Assembly (NCBI GenBank): GCA_049298975.1
Contig: JBAQWP010000083.1
Location: 1-36,732, forward strand
Direction of reading: 5' to 3'
DNA: 36,732 nt
Origin: Minisyncoccia bacterium
GTDB lineage: Bacteria; Patescibacteriota; Minisyncoccia; Phycocordibacterales; DATDWN01
A model generated the notes under the pieces. It worked only from the letters and a program-made list of their open reading frames with translations. It did not search any database and was not told the origin of the DNA. Shown here in pieces: positions 1-8,821 of this stretch (position 1 is its first letter; each line of letters starts with the position of its first letter). Both the position numbers and the translations under genes were made by a program.

Positions 1-2
1 GC

Positions 3-52
3 TGAGTAGAAAGAAATTTTGCACCAGCAAAATATTCTGTTGCTGGAAAATT
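3..52 (+). repeat. Copy A of a dispersed ~50-nt AT-rich repeat
   Basis: TGAGTAGAAAGAAATTTTGCACCAGCAAAATATTCTGTTGCTGGAAAATT is 46/50 identical to the reverse complement of 31121..31170. A more diverged copy lies at 31284..31339. Confidence 0.8.
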
Positions 53-214
53 ATAGTTTTGGATGGATTTTATCGTTTCGACCTATGTACGACACAGTCG
101 CTTACTCCTATGTCTCTTTGGAAACCCACGGTTTTACAACGCTCGCAATGCTCGCTGCCTTCCTCCACGGAAAACTCCCGTTTTCCGACCTTTTCCCACA
201 CAGTGGTCAAAACT

Positions 215-247
215 AAACAAAAAACACCCAATGGGTGTTTTTTGTTC
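215..247. terminator. Bidirectional intrinsic terminator downstream of rpsI
   Basis: AAAAAACACCC-AAT-GGGTGTTTTTT hairpin with an A-run and a T-run. It is nested inside a 15-bp perfect inverted repeat (199..213 / 253..267). Confidence 0.75.
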
Positions 248-646
248 TTAACGTTTTGACCACTGTGGAGCTTTTCTTGCCTTCTTTAGACCGAACTTTC
301 GTCTTTCTTTCGCCCTTGGATCTCTCTTAAGGTAGCCAGCTTTTTTCAGAGTCTTTCGAAGCATTTCATCTCCAGACACTATAGCTCTAGCTATACCGTG
401 TCTTAACGCCTCTGCTTGGGAATGCATCCCTCCTCCAACTATTTTTGCTGTAATCTTAAATTTTCCTGAAATCTCCTTTAGTGGCTGACTCACAGTATTT
501 TGCATGTCCACCACAGTAAAATAGGATTCTATTTCCTTGTCGTTCACTTCTATAGAATTCTTTGTTGCAGGAGTAATCCTAACTCTCGCAACGGCAGTTT
601 TTCTTCGTCCTACAGCCTCTATATATTTTTCCTTAGTCTTTTCCAT
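248..646 (-). CDS. rpsI: 30S ribosomal protein S9
   Basis: 132 aa. Contains GRRKTAVARV and a C-terminal basic tail ...RRKFGLKKARKAPQWSKR typical of S9. Sits directly after rplM. Confidence 0.95.
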   Translation of the reverse strand: MEKTKEKYIEAVGRRKTAVARVRITPATKNSIEVNDKEIESYFTVVDMQNTVSQPLKEISGKFKITAKIVGGGMHSQAEALRHGIARAIVSGDEMLRKTLKKAGYLKRDPRAKERRKFGLKKARKAPQWSKR

Positions 647-650
647 TTTT

Positions 651-1010
651 TTATTCTGTAATAATCAAATTCTTAAGCATTCTTGTTCTAAGCTTATTTT
701 TTGGTAGCATACCTGAAACAGCCTCCTTTATTATTTCTCTGAAACCTTTTTTTGCTACTACTTGCTCCATAGTTGGCTGTCTTAGTCCTCCTGGATATCC
801 TGAATATCTAGAATACTTCTTAGTTTCAAACTTTGTCTGATTAACAGAAACTTTTGAGGCATTTTTTACTTCTACTGTAACATCAGGATTTGAATTTCTT
901 TTAAAATCAACTAAATTTTTACCCATAAGATAAACTGCAGCTTCTGAAGCCAGTCTTCCAATCTTTTTATTCTCTGCATCTAAAGTGTATTTCTTCATAT
1001 TTTTATACAA
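651..1010 (-). CDS. rplM: 50S ribosomal protein L13
   Basis: 119 aa. Has the IGRLAS motif near the N-terminus and rplM-rpsI synteny. The start may instead be the ATG at 998 (MKKYTLDA...). Confidence 0.9.
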   Translation of the reverse strand: MYKNMKKYTLDAENKKIGRLASEAAVYLMGKNLVDFKRNSNPDVTVEVKNASKVSVNQTKFETKKYSRYSGYPGGLRQPTMEQVVAKKGFREIIKEAVSGMLPKNKLRTRMLKNLIITE

Positions 1011-1350
1011 ATTCTATTATGGCCATAAGTGCTCCATCCGAAAGTCTAGCTGGAAGCTTTGTTATTCTGGTATAGCCACCTTTTCTGTCAGAATATTTTG
1101 GAGCAATTTCCTTTGAAATTTTCTCCGCAGCAATTGATCCAACCGTTGAAATAAGATTTCTTCTTGAGGCAAGAGTGCTAAGTTTTCCTGTAGTTACAGC
1201 TTTCTCGATAAATGGTCTTAGAGACTTTGCCTTCGCCTCAGTTGTCTGTATTTTTCCCTCTTTAACTAGCGCCAAAGCAAGGGACTTCATTAGTCCCGAT
1301 CTAACCTTTGTTACCCTACCGAATTTTCTCCCTGCTTTGTGATGCCTCAT
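1003..1350 (-). CDS. rplQ: 50S ribosomal protein L17
   Basis: 115 aa. MRHHKAGRKFGR... is the canonical L17 N-terminus. Follows rpoA. Confidence 0.93.
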   Translation of the reverse strand: MRHHKAGRKFGRVTKVRSGLMKSLALALVKEGKIQTTEAKAKSLRPFIEKAVTTGKLSTLASRRNLISTVGSIAAEKISKEIAPKYSDRKGGYTRITKLPARLSDGALMAIIEFV

Positions 1351-1351
1351 G

Positions 1352-2308
1352 TTATTGTTTTAATGTAATACCAAATGTAGCCAGTGTATCTTTTATCTCA
1401 GTAAGACCTTTTGCTCCAAGGCCTTCGATCTCCAATATATCTTTTTCCTTCTTTCTTGCAAGACCGCCTACAGTTCTTATATTTGCATTAGCAAGCGCGT
1501 TTTGTGTTCTAGCAGAAAGGTTAAGAGTGTCTATTCTTGTCTTTAGAGAGTCCTCATCACTATCCTTCGGAATTTCCTCAGATGACATCGAATGAGTAGG
1601 CATTATTATTTCTTCTTCCTTGAAGCCAACGATAGCCTTAAGTTGATTTATCATTATCTCAATTGATTTTTCAAGGGCTTCCTTTGGAGTAATAGTTCCA
1701 TCTGTTTCAATGAAAACTTTTAGTCGATTGAAATCTGTTCTATCACCAACACGCATGTTTTCCACTTCGTAACTAACTCTTCTTATAGGAGTGAAGATCG
1801 CATCCATAGTTATCTGTCCAATATCAACTCTGTTTTTCTGAAGTACCTCCTTGGAAACAAAGCCTAAACCTTTCTCAACAGTAACTTCCATATCGATCTC
1901 AGAACTTTTGTCGGTAAGTGTCGCTATAACTTGCTCAGGATTAAGTATCTCGACTCCACCAGGCAACTTAATATCCCCTGCCTTTATCTCACTAACACCT
2001 TTAACTTTTAGTGAAAGTAGTTGAGGCTCATCAGAGACAAGACTAAATCTAAGTCTCTTTAGGTTCAAAAGTATTGTAATAACGTCTTCCTTAACTCCAG
2101 GAATTACTGTGAATTCATGAGAAACTCCCTCAATTTTAACCGATGTTACTGATGAACCAGGAAGTGAAGAGAGTATTATCCTTCTCAAACTGTTTCCTAA
2201 AGTATGACCATACCCAGGATAAAGCCCGTCAATTTCATATGAACCACTATTGTCTTGCTCAGAGACTATTCGTGGTTTTGATGGCAATACGATTTGGTAA
2301 TCAGACAT
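1352..2308 (-). CDS. rpoA: DNA-directed RNA polymerase alpha subunit
   Basis: 318 aa. N-terminal domain has GHTLGNSLRRILLSS-like GNSLRRIILSSLPG. The C-terminal domain has a helix-hairpin-helix (LNLSARTQNALANANIRTVGGL). Shows rpsD-rpoA-rplQ synteny. Confidence 0.95.
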   Translation of the reverse strand: MSDYQIVLPSKPRIVSEQDNSGSYEIDGLYPGYGHTLGNSLRRIILSSLPGSSVTSVKIEGVSHEFTVIPGVKEDVITILLNLKRLRFSLVSDEPQLLSLKVKGVSEIKAGDIKLPGGVEILNPEQVIATLTDKSSEIDMEVTVEKGLGFVSKEVLQKNRVDIGQITMDAIFTPIRRVSYEVENMRVGDRTDFNRLKVFIETDGTITPKEALEKSIEIMINQLKAIVGFKEEEIIMPTHSMSSEEIPKDSDEDSLKTRIDTLNLSARTQNALANANIRTVGGLARKKEKDILEIEGLGAKGLTEIKDTLATFGITLKQ

Positions 2309-2379
2309 TTTTTTTTAATTAAATTTAACCGATAAATTATACACTAATTCCACTTAATATGCAACATTCTGGCCGTATA

Positions 2380-2985
2380 TTATCTACTGTAGAATTCGAT
2401 CACTGTATTAAGGTCAAAAAGATTTTCAGTTTTAATATATGTTGGCTTACCTACGATTTCTGCTACTTTCTTCGCACTCTCTAATTTAATCCAAGGCGGT
2501 ACGGTTATCTCCTTCTGTCTATCACCGAGTGATAAAAATAGTGGCTTAGCTTCTGATCTTTTGTTGATAGATATTTTGTCTCCAAGTTTTACTTGTATCG
2601 AAGGGTTAGTGACTCTACGACCATTTAGTGCCAAATGTCCATGAGATACCATCTGCTTAGCTCCTAATCTAGTAGGTGCAAAGCCACTTCTGTAGGCAAC
2701 ATTGTCCATCCTGCGCTCCAATGCATCAAAAAGTGTATCAGTTGGATTAAAGCCTTTTCTATCCAGAGACGCTTTAACATAATTTTTAAATTGCTTCTCG
2801 GATATTACATAAACCATTCTTGCCTTTTGCTTCTCAGTTAACTGCAGACCGAATTCAGTTCTCATTTTACTAAAACCTTTCTTGCCCTTCTTTTCTTGGT
2901 TAATTGCAAACTTCTGTGTTTGAGTTTTCTCAAACACTGCTGCACCTAGTCGTCTTGCTATTTTGTATTTTGGTCCTATTTTCAT
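2380..2985 (-). CDS. rpsD: 30S ribosomal protein S4
   Basis: 201 aa. Has an S4 domain (RLGAKQMVSHGHLALNGRRV) and conserved synteny. Confidence 0.95.
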   Translation of the reverse strand: MKIGPKYKIARRLGAAVFEKTQTQKFAINQEKKGKKGFSKMRTEFGLQLTEKQKARMVYVISEKQFKNYVKASLDRKGFNPTDTLFDALERRMDNVAYRSGFAPTRLGAKQMVSHGHLALNGRRVTNPSIQVKLGDKISINKRSEAKPLFLSLGDRQKEITVPPWIKLESAKKVAEIVGKPTYIKTENLFDLNTVIEFYSR

Positions 2986-2994
2986 ATATTATTT

Positions 2995-3423
2995 CTATAC
3001 TCTTCTTGCTTTCTTTGGTTTTGGGCCGTTATGTGGAACTGGGGTAACATCCTTAATAGATAAAATGTTAATTCCTTTTGAAATAAATCCTCTTATTCCA
3101 GACTCTCTTCCTGAACCAACACCCTTTACCACAACGCTGGCATCCTTCATGCCCATAGCAGAAGCTTTTGCTCCCAGTATTTCACCAACCTTTGCTGCTG
3201 CAAAAGGTGTTCCCTTTTTTGCTCCCTTAAAACCTATAGATCCTGATGAAGATGCAGCAAGTACGTTGCCTCTAGCGTCAGTTAGAACAAGCATAGTATT
3301 GTTGTAAGTTGATTGGACGTATAAGGCACCAACCTCAACTTTCTTTTTTGAGACAGTTGCTTGCTGAGCCTTTTTTTGGCCTTCACCCTCACCACCAGTT
3401 GTTACAATTCGTTTTTTTCCCAT
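2995..3423 (-). CDS. rpsK: 30S ribosomal protein S11
   Basis: 142 aa. Contains GFKGAKKGTPFAA and a ...PHNGPKPKKARRV tail typical of S11. Confidence 0.95.
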   Translation of the reverse strand: MGKKRIVTTGGEGEGQKKAQQATVSKKKVEVGALYVQSTYNNTMLVLTDARGNVLAASSSGSIGFKGAKKGTPFAAAKVGEILGAKASAMGMKDASVVVKGVGSGRESGIRGFISKGINILSIKDVTPVPHNGPKPKKARRV

Positions 3424-3437
3424 AAAATTAATGATTT

Positions 3438-3815
3438 TTACTTTTTATCTGCTGTCTTTCTACCAGTACCCATTGTTTTCTTAGCACCTCTTTTGGTTCT
3501 AGCATTAGTTTTAGTTCTCTGTCCTCTAACTGGAAGATTTCTCATATGTCTTACCCCTCTATATGCTTTGATATCCTTGAGACGCTTTATGTTGCTCGAT
3601 GTCTCTCTTTTTAGATCTCCTTCAATTTTCAGTGATTCAACAATTTTACGAATTGAATTCTCTTCATCGATCGATAGCTCCTTTGGCTTCTTTCCTAACT
3701 CAACCTTTGCCTCCTCCAAAATTTTGTGAGCTCTTGGGCGACCAATACCATACAGGACTGTTAGCCCTATCTCTATTCTCTTATTTTCTGGCAATGTTAT
3801 TCCTAAAATTCTCAT
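3438..3815 (-). CDS. rpsM: 30S ribosomal protein S13
   Basis: 125 aa. MRILGITLPENKRIEIGLTVLYGIG is the canonical S13 N-terminus. Confidence 0.95.
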   Translation of the reverse strand: MRILGITLPENKRIEIGLTVLYGIGRPRAHKILEEAKVELGKKPKELSIDEENSIRKIVESLKIEGDLKRETSSNIKRLKDIKAYRGVRHMRNLPVRGQRTKTNARTKRGAKKTMGTGRKTADKK

Positions 3816-3827
3816 ATACTATAAAAA

Positions 3828-3944
3828 TTATCCTTGTCTTTGTTTATGTCTAGAATTCGCCTTACATATAACATAAACATAGCCCTTTCTTCGGACTACT
3901 TGGCATTGAGCACATCTTTTTTTTACTGAGGCCTTTACCTTCAT
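3828..3944 (-). CDS. rpmJ: 50S ribosomal protein L36
   Basis: Not in the supplied ORF track because it is under 60 aa. Hand translation of the minus strand gives [38 protein letters not shown] (38 aa). It sits exactly between infA and rpsM, as expected. Confidence 0.9.
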   Translation of the reverse strand: MKVKASVKKRCAQCQVVRRKGYVYVICKANSRHKQRQG

Positions 3945-3950
3945 CTTTTA

Positions 3951-4172
3951 TTATATTCTCTTCACAATTCGTCCCTTACCACCGTATGAATCTAGTTCCA
4001 CTATGACCTTGTCGCCTACCAGTACACGGATTCTATTGAGACGCATTTTTCCTGAGAGATACGTTAGCATCTCTTCAGAATTATCTTCTCTTGACACTCT
4101 GAAGAATGTATTAGGTAATGCCTCAACAACCTGCGCTACTACTGTAGCAGCTTTTTTATCGTTACTTTGCAT
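3951..4172 (-). CDS. infA: Translation initiation factor IF-1
   Basis: 73 aa with an S1-like fold signature (...[33 protein letters not shown]). Lies upstream of rpmJ. Confidence 0.93.
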   Translation of the reverse strand: MQSNDKKAATVVAQVVEALPNTFFRVSREDNSEEMLTYLSGKMRLNRIRVLVGDKVIVELDSYGGKGRIVKRI

Positions 4173-4280
4173 TATTTTTGCCTAATTTGTTCTTCAAATT
4201 GCTCATTTTTAGCACAGGTAGCATGGTAACAGAAATAGACTCGTTTAGTCAATACCCTTTGCGATCTATTCTCTAACTAA

Positions 4281-5684
4281 TCACTTATTTTCTAAAGTGT
4301 TTACTATTTTTACCTTTTCCGTGTTACTTGGGATCTTATTATTCCAGAATGGACGTGTCAGAACCCATGCCTCCTTTATTGACGGATATGCTGACATAAT
4401 TGTTTTTGCATTGGTCTTAGATAATCCCAAAAGATCATTTTTGAGTTTGTCTTCATTAATGATCCATACAAGTTCAACGTCACCAGAAATGCCAAAATTA
4501 ATCGGACCAGAGCTAATAGAAGAAAGATCTGATTTTAAATCAAAACTGAGAGCATCTAGATTGGATATCGAAATTAATGATTGATCCGCATCTGGTAGAA
4601 CCTTAGCTAGAATCGACTTAGTAATACTGCTTCTATTGAATATCACTGCACTAGCAACGCCCTTTTTTTTGAGTGCTGTGGCCCCACTTGTTGTGGATAA
4701 AGTTGATGCCGGATCGAATTTATAATCTAAACTACTTTGAAATATTATATAGTCTGCCGGAATTTGCTTTATGATTTCGTTGGCCAGATCTGCTTTAAGA
4801 GCAGTCTCCATTTGTGTACCTATAGTACTTAGTACATCTTTTGAAACGACTTTTTCCACACCTGTAAAACCACCGGTCATTTCCGTTTTTGATCGAGCAT
4901 ACATAGTCTTGTATTTTTCTGCATCACTCTTAAGTCCAGGAATAGTGAAATCTTTCATTCCAATATTATATTTCTGCCCGGCCTGATCAGCCACGACTTG
5001 AGCCTCTACGCTACCCGGCACAGACTTGCCGTCTTTTGTTGTTTTACCTGGAACAGTTACAGCACTCACCAACCTAAAAATAAGACCTTCGGGGGTCTCG
5101 AACCTGGTCGTTGCAATTAGTTTTTGAGGACTTGACCCAAAGTTGTTGTATATGACAATCGTGCCGGTTGATTTTTTCTCTACCTTCTGTTCCGAAGAAA
5201 TATCCTTTGGGTCAATTATTCTTTCTGTTTCCTTGGTAACTGTTACAATTTGATAATCAAGCGGTGCTGTCGGATCATCCTTTTTTGCAGTAAATGACTC
5301 CGTTATGCTTTTTGATTGAGACAGTGGTGTAACAGTTATCGTTGCACTCTTAAAAAGGGAGGATGCAAGCAGTGCCAAAACTATAACTCCGAATACCACA
5401 CCTATATATATTGGTGTCTTTTTTGACTTCTTTGGAAGATCATAACTATACTTATAGTTTGATGTGGGTGGTTCGTAGTCTTTCGAAGTTGAGTCGTGTC
5501 TCGATGTTTCAGACTGAATTTTGACATTAGAAGAGTGCCTAATCTCTATCGGTCTCTCATACGGATCCTCTTTTGAAAAGGACCTACTCGCTTTCTTAGC
5601 TTCATCTCTTGATCTTGATGGAACTTCAATATCTCTGATTGATTTTTTAGCTGGAACCACGTCCTGTGTAACTTGTTTTTTCAT
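4281..5684 (-). CDS. Hypothetical single-pass membrane protein
   Basis: 467-aa ORF. It has a charged, probably disordered N-terminus of about 90 aa and one hydrophobic helix (IYIGVVFGVIVLALLASSLF). A large beta-rich C-terminal domain follows. I recognise no family. Confidence 0.6.
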   Translation of the reverse strand: MKKQVTQDVVPAKKSIRDIEVPSRSRDEAKKASRSFSKEDPYERPIEIRHSSNVKIQSETSRHDSTSKDYEPPTSNYKYSYDLPKKSKKTPIYIGVVFGVIVLALLASSLFKSATITVTPLSQSKSITESFTAKKDDPTAPLDYQIVTVTKETERIIDPKDISSEQKVEKKSTGTIVIYNNFGSSPQKLIATTRFETPEGLIFRLVSAVTVPGKTTKDGKSVPGSVEAQVVADQAGQKYNIGMKDFTIPGLKSDAEKYKTMYARSKTEMTGGFTGVEKVVSKDVLSTIGTQMETALKADLANEIIKQIPADYIIFQSSLDYKFDPASTLSTTSGATALKKKGVASAVIFNRSSITKSILAKVLPDADQSLISISNLDALSFDLKSDLSSISSGPINFGISGDVELVWIINEDKLKNDLLGLSKTNAKTIMSAYPSIKEAWVLTRPFWNNKIPSNTEKVKIVNTLENK

Positions 5685-5758
5685 TATTTTGAAATGTTTA
5701 GATGTTTGAGTACATTTTATATTAATAATTAGAGATAGCCAAGAAAAATGTTAACAAT

Positions 5759-6964
5759 TTATTTAAAAACAAATTTATTATAGTAAATTGCGATCAAACA
5801 AATAAACTCGTTGGGGGTTGTGTGTGACTCGTTATTATATAAGCCGGACAATATTTTATCTTGAACTCTCACAACATTTAGGTTTTTTCTAAAGGTCGCC
5901 GTAGAATCGGCCTTAGAAAGCTTTAAATAATTCAAATAAACATCTGCTACATCACTTTGGGAAGTCATGTATAGGTGGTTTGGAAGGGAGAGCTCCGGAG
6001 AAAGGTCAAGGAGTGCTCTTTCGAGGTATATTGACCATTCCTTTTCAATATCAATCAAAACCTCTTCAATTTTACCTGATGTATCTTTGTCTAATTTTTG
6101 AAGTGAGTAAGTTGATAAGTTTGATTCTGCAATTTCGACCGGCATATCAAATTTTTTCGCAATTTGTCTGATTATGAAATTTCTACCCGACGGTATTGCA
6201 ACTGTTTTTATAAGCACGTCATTGGAAACAAGACTAAGATCAGTAACTTCCGATGTCACATCAAGCAAGATAAAATCCTGGTATTGATTAAATAGATCTC
6301 TTACCACAGAGAACGTCGCTACAGGAAATGTATGAAAAACTATTTTGTCTTTATCGATATGGGTATTTTTCGCAACAATAGTATCAACTCTCTCTATAAG
6401 CGACTTGTTCACAAGAGCCATACAGAGATGAGCAGTTAATGCGTTAGTTTTCTGATTACCTACCCTACTTATCACGTAACCATTTACTTTGATATCCACT
6501 ACTTTACTCTCAATTACTTCTAGTGGTTCATCTGTTGTTTTATCATCATTTTTTATTTTCTCCCTAAATGCATCGGCTTCACTAATAGTAATGCTTTTAA
6601 TAAAATTTTCGTTAACAATAAACTCCTTATCTTTTTTAATATCAATGTATTTTGTTCTTGGTAAAAACCAAGGTGAAGAAAGAGAAATGTTTACACTATT
6701 TAGTATCTTACCTGTTTTCTTTACTTTCGGATGATCCATCCCAACTTTAACAAGCTGCGAGAGAGCCTCGTCAAGAGCTTTAGTCATAACAAGTAGAATT
6801 TTATCTGAACTAGGCTTATTTGCGATTGTGAAATCCCGAGAGATAGTATGGAGGATGGTTGGTGGCTTTTCCTTTTCGTAATATACAAGTGCCACTGACA
6901 AACTTCCACTACCAATATCTACCACAATAGATAATACCGAATTTTTTCTAGAAAAGAATGACAT
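5759..6964 (-). CDS. Actin-like ATPase, FtsA/PilM-like
   Basis: 401 aa. VVDIGSGSLSVALV matches the phosphate-1 motif and ILLDVTSEVTDLSLV matches a phosphate-2-like motif of the ASKHA/actin fold. No ftsZ or pil genes are adjacent, so the subfamily is open. Confidence 0.55.
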   Translation of the reverse strand: MSFFSRKNSVLSIVVDIGSGSLSVALVYYEKEKPPTILHTISRDFTIANKPSSDKILLVMTKALDEALSQLVKVGMDHPKVKKTGKILNSVNISLSSPWFLPRTKYIDIKKDKEFIVNENFIKSITISEADAFREKIKNDDKTTDEPLEVIESKVVDIKVNGYVISRVGNQKTNALTAHLCMALVNKSLIERVDTIVAKNTHIDKDKIVFHTFPVATFSVVRDLFNQYQDFILLDVTSEVTDLSLVSNDVLIKTVAIPSGRNFIIRQIAKKFDMPVEIAESNLSTYSLQKLDKDTSGKIEEVLIDIEKEWSIYLERALLDLSPELSLPNHLYMTSQSDVADVYLNYLKLSKADSTATFRKNLNVVRVQDKILSGLYNNESHTTPNEFICLIAIYYNKFVFK

Positions 6965-7016
6965 GAGGCAATTTTACCACAAAATCTATTTCAAAATATA
7001 CTTATATTATTGAAAA

Positions 7017-8816
7017 CTATTGAAGTACTGCTTTAATACGTCTAACACCTGCTGATACGGCTTCTTCTTTGGCAATTTTAAACTCTCCCAAAACCTTCGT
7101 ATTGTCCACATGTGGTCCACCACAAAACTCCTTCGAAAAGGCACCCTCAATATCACCACCAATATAATAAACATTTACTTCATCAGGGTACTTTTCTCCA
7201 AAGAAATGCAGGGCTCCAGTTTTCTCCGCTTCTTCTTTCTTCAAAACTACTTTGTTAACTGGTAACCCTTCCGAAATTTTTTGATTTACTATTTCCTCCA
7301 CCCTTTTCTTTTCATCATCAGTCATTTTTCTATCAAAAGTAAAATCAAATCGAAGCCTTTCAGAAGTAATATTACTACCCTTCTGCTGAACCGTTGTGCC
7401 TAGAACTTCCCTGAGAGCCTGATGTAGAAGATGAGTAGCTGTGTGATACTTAGTTTCCATTTCACCAGTACTTCCAAGACCCCCCTTAAACTTCTGCTCA
7501 GATCCGACTCTAGAAAGTTCCTGATGCTCTTTCATTTTCTTATTAAATGAATCTAAATCAATAGTCTGACCTTTCTCTTTTGCTAGTTCTTCAGTGAGCT
7601 CAATCGGAAAACCATATGTTGTAAAAAGGACAAATGGATCTTCTCCTTTTTCAAACTCCTTCAATCCATTATCAATTGTCTTTATAAAATTTCTCACTTC
7701 TTTATCTATCTCCATAAATGTATATGGCTCCTTCTCAGAGTAGATTCCACCCTTATCTGTAAAATACTTAGTGCTTGAATAAATTCTATAATATTCATTC
7801 AGTATAGGTAAGAATATATTATCCTCATAATTGCCTTTGAAACCAATTTTTTTTGCCTGAATGACTGCCCTTCTTATTAATCTTCTTAAGATATAGCCCT
7901 GATCCTTATTGCTTGGTCTAACTCCATCAGCTATAAGCAGTGCTGACGCTCTTAGATGATCCGCAATAATTCTTGCAGGCTTATCAGAATAACTCTCAGA
8001 ATTTTCCTTAATTATCGAAATTACTGTGTTAAATAAATCTGTTTCAAAGACACTCTTTTTACCCTGCATAACTGCAACTACTCTTTCAAACCCGGCTCCA
8101 GTATCAACGTTTTGTTTTTCTAGCTTTCCTGTAACCTTTCCATTTTTAGAAAGATACTCCATAAAAACATTGTTCCAGATTTCCACCACTCTCTGTTCAT
8201 CATCAGCTTTTAAGTATTCCTCCAAAGTTAGACCTTTGTTTAATTCACCACTTAGATCATAAAACATTTCTGTATCAGGACCGCATGGACCATTGTCCCC
8301 CGCAGACCACCAATTTTTATCTTTAGGTCTAAAATATATTCTTTCGCCGGTCACTTCATTTTTTTCAAAAATTTCTCGCCAAATTTGTGCAGATTCTTCG
8401 TCTTTAGGAGCATTCTCGTCTCCCTCAAAACAAGTGACATAAAGTCTTTGTGGATCTAAACCAAAACCCTCCTCTTTTGATGTTAATAACTCATAACTCC
8501 AGCTTATAGACTCCTTCTTCCAATAGTCACCCAAAGACCAATTCCCGAGCATTTCAAAGAAAGTTAAGTGTGTATTGTCCCCTACTTCATCTATATCGTT
8601 AGTTCTTACGCATTTCTGAACATCCACAAGTCTTTTTCCTTGCGGGTGCTCTTGTCCCAAAAGATACGGCACAAGTGGTTGCATACCTGCAGTGTTAAAT
8701 AAAACAGATGGATCATTTTCAGGCACTAAGGATGCCGAAGGGATAATGGCGTGCCCCCTTTTCTCAAAAAATTTTAAAAACCTTTCTCTGATTTCATTTG
8801 AAGTGAGTGTTTTCAC
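7017..8816 (-). CDS. alaS: Alanine--tRNA ligase (compact, 599 aa)
   Basis: N-terminus IRERFLKFFEKRGHAIIPSASLVPENDPSVLFNTAGMQ. Editing-domain motifs HTATHLLHQALR and CGGPHV are present. GTG start at 8816. Confidence 0.92.
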   Translation of the reverse strand: MKTLTSNEIRERFLKFFEKRGHAIIPSASLVPENDPSVLFNTAGMQPLVPYLLGQEHPQGKRLVDVQKCVRTNDIDEVGDNTHLTFFEMLGNWSLGDYWKKESISWSYELLTSKEEGFGLDPQRLYVTCFEGDENAPKDEESAQIWREIFEKNEVTGERIYFRPKDKNWWSAGDNGPCGPDTEMFYDLSGELNKGLTLEEYLKADDEQRVVEIWNNVFMEYLSKNGKVTGKLEKQNVDTGAGFERVVAVMQGKKSVFETDLFNTVISIIKENSESYSDKPARIIADHLRASALLIADGVRPSNKDQGYILRRLIRRAVIQAKKIGFKGNYEDNIFLPILNEYYRIYSSTKYFTDKGGIYSEKEPYTFMEIDKEVRNFIKTIDNGLKEFEKGEDPFVLFTTYGFPIELTEELAKEKGQTIDLDSFNKKMKEHQELSRVGSEQKFKGGLGSTGEMETKYHTATHLLHQALREVLGTTVQQKGSNITSERLRFDFTFDRKMTDDEKKRVEEIVNQKISEGLPVNKVVLKKEEAEKTGALHFFGEKYPDEVNVYYIGGDIEGAFSKEFCGGPHVDNTKVLGEFKIAKEEAVSAGVRRIKAVLQ

Positions 8817-8821
8817 AATTT

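Noticed and set aside
19-259. Three overlapping plus-strand ORFs (19..216, 59..259, 63..251) at the window start
   Set aside because: There is no SD, no recognisable protein features and mutual overlap. The region is hairpin-rich and more likely non-coding or structural. I report it as an observation rather than as genes.
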